From: Bugula neritina | Lineage: Eukaryota; Animalia; Bryozoa | Assembly (NCBI GenBank): GCA_964035545.1 | Contig: OZ037770.1 | Coordinates: 3,628,662 to 3,692,661, forward strand | Reading direction: 5' to 3' | Length of the DNA stretch: 64,000 nucleotides | Part shown: positions 55,201 through 64,000 of the stretch, in pieces | Layout of the letters: each line of letters begins with the position of its first letter | Position numbering within the stretch: the first letter of the stretch is position 1 | Position numbers and translations under genes: made by a program | The notes under the pieces: generated by a model | Databases searched by the model: none | Told to the model about the DNA's origin: nothing | Seen by the model: only the letters and a program-made list of their open reading frames with translations

Positions 55201-58200
55201 ACTGTAAGTGACTAAGATTAAAAATAAGTAATTTTAAATATCGATTTAGTATTTTTCTTACTCTTTGTCTTAAAATTGACTTTTATTTTGCACCTACTCC
55301 TGGTCAATGCTTCTTTTTTCTATTTATATTACTATTGCTATTAGTATAATTGACTTAAATTTAATAATAGATATGATTATATCTTTATAAATGTGATATT
55401 TGATTTTATGAATAGTAATTCGAAAACTCTTTGGTATTATTTATTTTTGATCATTGTAGTTATTATCATTATATTTGTATAATAATTATGATTATCAAAT
55501 TCAATATCGATATTTGTATTATGGTATGGATATCTGCCTCCATCCCATGTTCTGTTTTGCAGTGCCTTTTTACATTCACGTCTAGGTTCACATTGCGATG
55601 GTCATACTGATAGCACTTGGGGACTGTGATGAGCATAATGATTAGCACTAATATTAGGATTATCGTTATTAGGATTTAGAATAATTTAATAAACAAGCAA
55701 CTTAAAACAAATGTTTTTACTAATATACATATTAATTACTAATATAAATATACTACTATAAGTATTATAATTATTATACTTTACAATTCAAAGTAAGATA
55801 ATCATAATACGAACTGGTAAAACTAAATATAAAGTAAATGTAATAATACTAATAGTAGTTATCCATTCCCCTTTGGTTTCACATACTAATAATTGGAAAC
55901 CTCTGTCCTAATATTATTTCTATTAATATTGCTCAAAGTTTGATCCCTATTTAATTTTATAGTTCACTCACCAGCTACATAATTTTATTAAAATACATGT
56001 GGTATTGGTTATAGTACTAGTGAAACTTGAAGTTGAATAGCATGCTTATTACTCACTGCTCTTTGCTTACATTATTAGGGTTACTCTTTAGTCTTAGAGA
56101 TACCCTAACATAAACTTGAAAGCTGGAGGTAGTACTAGTCTAGTGCTGTGTTAATCCTACACTGTTGACTTATCAACACTGTGACTATAATTATGACTCC
56201 TAAGTCAAAGTCATTTTCATATAGTAGTAATCACTATGACAGACTGAAAGTCAGGAAGACTAAATATAATGGTAAAGTGTGTAAGAATAAATCATACTTA
56301 ATCAATTATTTTTAGTTTTGTTACCAGTGTTGGGTCAACTTTCAGAATAAAGAATAAATATAATTATAAAGATAAATGGATAAAAATTCCAATCATGGTT
56401 TAATGTGCCTATTTTAAGCTGTTAATTTAATTACTATAATATAAGTGCTCAAAATACAACTTTTGATTTTCATAATTATGTTTTAATTTAATACAGAGCC
56501 ATAGTATCATATACAGTAGAATCAGTTGTATCTTATTTAATAATGAAGTAACTTATTGGAGCTTTCACAGTTATTAATTATTTACTTGTTAGTCTTTGAA
56601 CTGGGACAATGTTTGAAACTTGAAGTAGAATGAAGTTTGATTTCAGTTACCGCAATGGTATCTGCAGTCACAATAGGAATACGCATATAACTATGTTTAT
56701 ATTTGTGAAAAATATATAGTCAAAACTAGATAAGGTAATAGTAATTATAATTGGTTTCACTTTTAATATATTCCTATAAATTGGAAAATAGACAGAAGCA
56801 TTTAATCATGAAAGTAAACCTAGTGGAAGTAAATCAATTCACTAAGTATAGTAAAATATTTACTATTCAGTAAGTTTATTTACTTTAGTTAATTGTACTT
56901 GATTATTTCTGTCGGTTTTTCAGTTGATTTTTCTACCTTTTGCTATAGCATATCAAACTACCACAAAGTCATGCTTCCGTATTACAATTATAAACATAGT
57001 GTTACTGTGTAATGTTATAGTAATGTAATAGTAATATTTGGATCATTGTAAGTATTTCTGTTGTACTGATTGATAAATATTTTTTAGCTTGCATGGATAT
57101 TTGCAACGATCAAGATGTCATTTGAACCTGGACTGGAATAAAGATGGCAAATCGAGAAGCTAGCTACAATTATTCTGCAGAAAGAAACTTGGTAAGCAAA
57201 AATAAGCTGCAGCATTAAGCAGTAAGCAATATGACGATGAACTTTGCTTGATTTTGATTGACCTTAAAATATCTGGTCACCTTTCACCAACGTGGTCCTG
57301 CGCGGGTGGCGGGTGACCTTAAAATGTCTGTTGCACGTAAAATAAATTTTGTGACAGTCAAAAGTATGCTGATCTTTTTCGTATTTCAGTGCATCGGTGT
57401 CTTAGCTTAAGAGCTGAACCCAACAATTATGATCTAAAGCTGTTTTTTACTAGAAAGTGATTTTACTGTCTTTCTGATTATTCTTGGTTTTTCAGCTTGA
57501 TGAATTGAATAAATGGATTTGATTTCGGGTATTATGTAATGGATGAAAGAAATTTTTCTTAAATTTGTACTGAGCAATTTTTGCTATTGCTATGATGTTT
57601 AGTGATAAAATTGCACCCTTAATAACCCTGAAAACTTTCATTACTAGCATTTGTTTATGTTCATTTTTAGGAAATTAAAATGAAGACACAACTCACCGAT
57701 GCTATCTCACTGTGCCTGCATGCAGTTTATCTAAAAAGGTACTCCTATTAGCTGGCTCTTGCCCAATACCTGGTTGTCTCTGTAACTATTTTTTGCTCGC
57801 AGATGAGTTTTTTGAACTTGACATTTTATTGATTTTGAAAGTTATAGTTAGCTTTGAACTTGCTAGCATCGTTTTTAAAGACTTGCTGCAGTTTTTATCA
57901 ACATTTTTTAAGTCAATGGTGTTAGTTTGGAAGCTCTCTCACTCCTCTCTCTGTCTCTTTCTCCCACACCTTCCACTCAACCTCTCTCTCTTTCTCCCCC
58001 TCTCTCCCACCCTCCCTCTCTCCCACCCTCCCTCTCTCCCACCCTCTGTCTCTCCCACCTTCTCTCTCTCCCACTCTCCGTCTCTCCCACCTTCTCTCTC
58101 TCCTAACCTTTCTCTCTTCCCTTTTCCACTATCTCTCTGACTCTCTCCCTTTCTCTCTTCTACCCCATCTCTCTTCCATCCTCTCTCCTAACCTTTCTCT

Positions 58201-58714
58201 CCCACCCCCCCCCCCTCTCCCACTCTCTTTCTCTCTCTAGTTTGCGTGGCTTTACCCAATTTTGGTTTATTTTTTTATTTTGTCTCAGAGTATCCAAAAG
58301 GAAAGCTAAAATTTATTTAATATGTATTATACCAACTTGAGCTTTACATATAATATCAAATAAATGCTGTGTTTTGTTAAAACAATGTTTGCAACTTTGT
58401 AGTATATTCAAATTCATAATTTATTTGTAGAGTCACACAACAAGACACTACTCTGACACACTCACAAGTTGTCACTGATCCAGCAGTATAGATGATTGTT
58501 TTCTCCACTGGCTATGCTGTCACGCTTTACTGTTGTGGTGTTTGAAACAAACCAATTGTTTGCCTACGCAGATTAGGGTGAGAAAAAAAGTGAGAAATGA
58601 AAGCTGTTTTTAATACCAACTACACTTAGTTTTTATTGAATGAAAAACAAAGTGAAATCATTAGTTATCCGTTAAATGACTAAATCATTGTTTATAAAGA
58701 TGAAACACAAATAA

Positions 58715-61115
58715 TCTTATAATATGCTAATGAAATTTGGCTTTCAAATAGCTTTTTTCTGTATATTTGTTGAGGAAGTTTATCTTCAACAAAACTTCGT
58801 AGCTGTTGAATATGTGGAGAGTATTTTATATTGCATAAATTTATAGAGTAAAAGGTTCTCATCAAACTTTTACAACTTAGCTCATCGACGGTTTAAAGTG
58901 TGAGTCACCCTTCACACTAGAGTTTTATAAAGTTTTAATGAATGTGCAGTATTTTATAAAATATTGTGTGTCTCGTAAATTTAGCTATTTCTACCTTTTC
59001 AGTGAGATTGGAGTAAACACACCTCAAAATTCACATCTGGTATCACATTGATTTATCGCAAGTCAAAGTACACCTACTAACTCTTCCTTCCTTAATACCT
59101 GCTTGCTTTTGCACTTCTACTCATTTCATATACCTAACATTTCTCTTGCAGATGAATTACATCTTTTAAGTTGTAAAAGCCTTAAATAGCATGAAATTAA
59201 TGAGGTTTAAACCTTGGCCACACTAACTATTGATGCGTTTATTGATGGGTTAAATTACACGAAAATATTGTCTCTTTCTTTTTAGTTTCACCTAAAGTAT
59301 TACATACTATTGATGGAGGCTTTGCTGAAGTTCTTGGGTGATGATTTGTCAATAATTTTCCAGAGAAGATGATGCCACGGTGGCTGGCATCATTATGCAG
59401 TTTCCAAATTTCTTTCGGCTTTGCTCTAGTGAAAATGTTGGAAAACAATCAACAAAAAGGTTTGTACCATAAACAAAGTTATTGTGTGCATGTTGCCAAA
59501 GCATAAAGTGTGCTGGACATTTTTAAGTTTCTGTTGAGTTGCGTTTATGCTTTTCCTGCATGAAAAAAGTTCCAGTTTCAGTTAATATCACTAGCGGAGT
59601 GCCCACCTATATTTTAAATCATATTGATGCATAAGTTCTTTTTGTAATATTAAAAGTATAACTTGCTTAATTGCTATTCAATGCCCTTTGAAGTTTCCAA
59701 CTGTAATTAATTAGTTGATTTGGCAGCATAGTATCGATGATTGATGAAGGCAGCCGATATAATTATAAGCATAAATATCTATATCTACATGAAGATGTCA
59801 TTCCCAATGATTGTTATTCTGAAATCAGCTGATTAAGTTATCACAAACTAAACATTTTGACCAGCGGCTTGCAATGCAACTCGGTGAAATTTCAGACCTA
59901 GATAAATTGAATTTCTTACTGAAAATCGTGAAGGTATTAAAGTTTAAAGTGAAAGTTTAAAGGGTCATCTCTCTGCGAATTCTAATAGCATGGTGCCAAT
60001 TAGACTTGAAAAAATTTCAAGGCACTACAAAGCACTAAGCCCATTCTTACAAGTAGTTTCAAAGTGCACTGGAATTTCAGTTTACTTGTCATTGTATAGA
60101 ATCCTGATCTACACTATATAGCATTCACTACTGCCTGCTTCTTCTAAGCATCTATAATGTATTAACTACAGTTTGCTTTGAGAAGTGAATTTCTACTTGG
60201 TATTTTTTCCTTATCGTTCCGTTGTTTGCCAGTAGTCTTAATTTAATGGATTTTCCCTTTTCAAAAGTGGTTGTGACAATCAAAACACATCATGCAGCCT
60301 GCAACTACACAATCCGTCAGTAATTTCTTCCATTAAAGTAGCTCTTCTGGTTACTCTTGCTCACCTAAAAGCCTGAGTCTCATTCAAATTGCAATTTTTT
60401 AGAGTTGTTAGTTTTTCATGCAGTCTTTCATTTTTTTTTTGTTAGGCACAAAATTAGTATTCACTAGACCTAATCTTTCACCTGCATGTATGCCTATTGT
60501 TTGTTCATTAAAGAAAAACCTCTGCTGAATATTGAACTAATAATGAAAATAAATTCCCTAAACTAAAAGTAGCAGTGTAATTTTGGTATTACAATTAGTT
60601 GTTAGCATAGAGTCAAGTTATTGACAGGAATTTTCAAATTGAAATGAATGAATTTCATTGTAAGTCAGCAAGATTTAGTCTAAGTAAACATAGCATTACA
60701 TCGTGTTTTATTTAGCATTTGCAGAAGGCAACATATATTTTAAGGATTATTGTAAACTTAAATGTAATTTTAAGTACTTTCCATGTTTGTTATTGTAGAT
60801 GGTCTTGTTCTTTGGGATGGATGTGACAACTCCTTGTGTCAAGCTTAACTGATTGACTACTGAATCCCAATCATATGTTTTGCCAAAAAATGTGAAAATG
60901 GAGTGCATGTCTACTTTATTTGAGAAAATATTAAAAATACTTTTGAAACTTCATCTAGCCAAACAATACAACAGTTTCATTTCATTAAAAAATATCATTT
61001 GCACAAAAATGTATTATGTAATCGAACAATTTCTAGAAAAAAAGTGCTTTCCTCCAGTTTTGCTAATGAACTACATTTTTCATTATATGCTTGTCTTTAT
61101 AATTTTATTATTTGT
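58715..61115 (-). pseudogene. Decayed Zisupton/HMGXB3-like transposase region, copy 2
   Basis: Copy of 13600-16000 sharing most disablements; includes ORF 59239..59448. Confidence 0.55.
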
Positions 61116-62184
61116 TTTTTCTGGTGAGTCAATTAAAGTCAATTCAACCTAGAAAAGTCTGAATGTCAGACTTAATTTCAAGCTAGAATATTCACATTTT
61201 TAGGTCTGCGTTTGCAAACATTGTTGTGTTACTTTACTTTTTATATTTTTTGAAATAAATATCTTTTTAGCTTGTGCCTATTCATGATTAGAATAGTATA
61301 ATAATATTTAACTTTTCTTCAATTTCAATAGATGAAAATGTTGATCAGTTGGAGTATTCAGTTTAGCTGAATTTTACTTGCTTCTGCGAAAACAATCTTT
61401 TGGAGTTGTCTGCCCTCTCTTTAGGTATTTTTTTAACCTATGGTCAACGCAATAATTATAACTTTTTAAAGATGCTTGTGAACCTAACAATATAGCATAA
61501 CTATCAAACCACATTATTCAATATCTGCATAAAATTTAGCCGATAAGCTGCCACCCAATGAGCTTGAAAAGATATTAGAATTCTAGCTCAGTGCTGCCAT
61601 CAATGTAGATATTTATAATGATATAAAGCCAAAACTCATTATTTATAATGATATAAAGCCAAAACTCATTATTGCATGAAATTATCTAACCATTCCTGAC
61701 AAAGAATCGAGATAATAACTCCAAAGTTGGTCAGTTGAAACCACAGCAATAATACTTTAATCGTTATAATTGTCAGGTTTAATTTTATACCAAGCCCCAA
61801 TAAGTACGTATAACTATGACAACACAGCCTAAGCACCTCCAATGCAAGAAATTTAGTATTGTGGTGCTGCAAATCCTCCAGTTACAAATGAGTAGAGCTT
61901 TCATGATTATTGGTCTACCATAATGTTTATTTAGTTTTAAGGACTAGCATAAATGCTATTATATGCGGGAGGTATTTGAAAAGCTTCCAACTCCATCTTC
62001 AACTACGGGCTATTATAATTATGCCGATAAACGAGATACTACACTCAGACTGCCCTGTTATAGTACTATGATTGGCTACTGCAAAATTTTTGCCGATAGA
62101 CAACATTTAATTATGATGTAATGTATCTCGTATTGGTACATAAGTGTTATGTCTGAGGACGAGTTACTGTGAAATTATGCCCTG

Positions 62185-62192
62185 TCTATAAG
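62185..62192. repeat. Right 8-bp target-site duplication TCTATAAG
   Basis: Begins exactly where homology to copy 1 ends. Confidence 0.88.
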
Positions 62193-62584
62193 TTATAAGT
62201 TTTATTATGTATGAGTAAAAGTTCAGAATAATGCCTTTTTGTATTTAAAAAAATCAATACTTACGGAATTTTTTAAAACTGAAACAAATTTTCTAATAAG
62301 TTAAGGTTAAAATTTAAAACATGAACAGTAATATTTTTTACTAAAATAGGCTTTTAGCTTATAAATAACATAATGACAAATATACACTTATGAGAAGTGT
62401 TCCCATTCACAGAATTACAGAAGCATGTTTTATCAATGTTGTTTTCTGATTTTTGAGTAAAATACGCCACATGTATGTTACAAATTGAAGCAAAAGTCTT
62501 ACCAGCCTCTTTAGTCTTTGTCCATATTGTTGAGTTTGACTGGAACTGAAATTCAGAAATGGCGGCTTGTTACCTCCCAGCGAG

Positions 62585-63285
62585 GTGTGATTGAGATGTG
62601 ACCAGCTGCTGAGTGGTGAAGATAATGATTGGTTGTTGAGACTAACTGGTTATAGAGACATGCTTTACTCTCGTGATTCTTATCTCTGCTAGTCAATATG
62701 TCAATAAACCTCTTGTTTGTTTAAAGGCTCTATCACTGTGAGAAACTGGTGGTGCAGTGTTTGCCCATAACTTATTGGCACTTATATCTGTTATTGAAAG
62801 GTAATATTTTAGCGTTATCAATGATCGCTCATATTAATAACTAATAAACTAGTTTGTAATAGTTGCTATGAAGCTGTTTATTAACTTATTATAAGTTCAA
62901 ACTGACATTCAACGAATTACCAAAGATGAACTGATATGCGACCTCTACAAGAGCAGTGAGAATAATATAAACACTTAAGATGACTATAGACTTTGCACTT
63001 GCATTTAGCCTGCAATCTAACAACTTTATTATCAAAAATTAGGATGTCCAGATTGTTGTTTAAGTACACAAGTTTATAAAATGTTGCCTATTAACTTACA
63101 CCATCTTGAGACTATATAGCAGTGAAACACAAATTAGTAATAATTACTATAACAGACTGGAACCATTTATTATATCACTATAATTATAGTCATATAAACC
63201 TGACTGAATAAATATTGTAAGCATATCGCTAATAGTTAAATGTTAGATGTCATTGGTTATTTCTCTGCTGATGACATAATAAGAA
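62585..63285. promoter_or_regulatory. Paralogous conserved non-coding block, candidate promoter or 5' exon
   Basis: Homology to 20540-22240; adjacent YY1-like AAATGGCGGC (~62557-62566) and a minus-strand G|GTAAC donor-like site at ~62574. Function is inferred. Confidence 0.4.
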
Positions 63286-63731
63286 GAAAAATCATGACTG
63301 CTAAACCTTTAAAATTGTACCCGTGGAATGAAGCTTCTTTTCAAATAATTAGGCCCGGTTTCTATCACCCACATTTCATTACCACTACCATCCTTCACGT
63401 CATGCAAATAATATTATTATGACCACTAAAATTTAATTAAAAAAATACAACAAAGTTAATGAAAAATATGTACAAATATAGTAATCTAGAGACAATTTTG
63501 CAAATTTGCTCAATCGTGTCAGCCTATTTAATTTCGTTGTCATATTGTAGTAATTCGTGCAATTACTGTGTGTGAGTTATCTACTTGCATATAGTTAGTT
63601 GGTTATTCTGCTAGCAATTACTAGGGTAGCTGTCGAGTAATTATATTTATTATCCACAATAAAGCATAAAGTAAACATCACATCAAATTATCCTATACAT
63701 CAGTCAACTACTAATACATGACACCCAGCAG

Positions 63732-64000
63732 TGTCGTCGACAAAGCACCACGGGTAAGCCATTCTCCATTACAGGTTCTTCTTCCATAGGCAGAGAGGTT
63801 GGCTGGTCCCGTGACCGGGAGGTGGTCACACGAGTGTGATCTGAAAGAGTAGCAGTGTTAAAGATTATACACTGAGGTACCGTCGGCGTGTACAGCCTGA
63901 CCGGTACTCTGTTCAGTTACACTCGTGAGATTCAGGCTAATGAATAGTTGATGGAGAACACACTCGCTATGGCAGGTTATTTAAAATCAAAGTCGACGTG
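63732..64000. other. GC-richer structured segment, probable start of an unidentified element (LTR-like TGT start?)
   Basis: Abrupt GC and CpG rise; long inverted repeat 63829-63851 / 63905-63927; truncated by the window end. Confidence 0.4.

Larger units (their letters stand above)
41867..62184 (-). mobile_element. Giant (20,318 bp) DNA transposon, Zisupton/KDZ-like, copy 2, complete
   Basis: Exact 8-bp direct repeat TCTATAAG at 41859-41866 and 62185-62192. Left end CAGTATATATTTTCCTAG...AGACATAA aligns without gaps over ~70 bp (about 41/70 identical) to the reverse complement of the right end, CAGGGCATAATTTCACAG...AGACATAA. The subterminal motif AGTATCTCGT..AGACATAA recurs at both ends. Confidence 0.88.

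Noticed and set aside
63829-63927. Hammerhead ribozyme
   Set aside because: No correctly placed CUGANGA and GAAA cores on either strand.

Overview
AT-rich metazoan (invertebrate-like) genomic DNA, dominated by nested transposons around a minus-strand multi-exon LRR gene. (1) Two near-identical copies of a giant (~20.3 kb) DNA transposon. One is complete at 41867-62184, with an exact 8-bp TSD TCTATAAG and a ~70-bp imperfect gap-free TIR starting CAG. The other runs from before the window start to 17071 and sits in an intron of the LRR gene. Decayed minus-strand coding remnants resemble a Zisupton/HMGXB3-type (KDZ) transposase plus a Ulp1/SUMO-protease exon. Both copies carry the same dead cargo: an R4/Dong-like RLE retrotransposon, a fold-back MITE and ~5.5 kb of 3/6-bp periodic DNA. 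(2) A second giant element, 18.9 kb and EnSpm/CACTA-like (22745-41662; CCC-type TIRs, AG TSD, AACGTT subterminal arrays), packed with nested MITEs, duplications and a ~64-bp minisatellite. (3) An LRR gene built from symmetric phase-2 exons of 138 nt (2x23-aa LRR) in ~600-bp exon+intron units, one frameshifted and one relic. (4) An old tandem duplication of the gene's upstream region, now split by ~39 kb of insertions. All family assignments come from motif recognition by eye, not database searches. No intact transposase, rRNA, tRNA or CRISPR array was seen.
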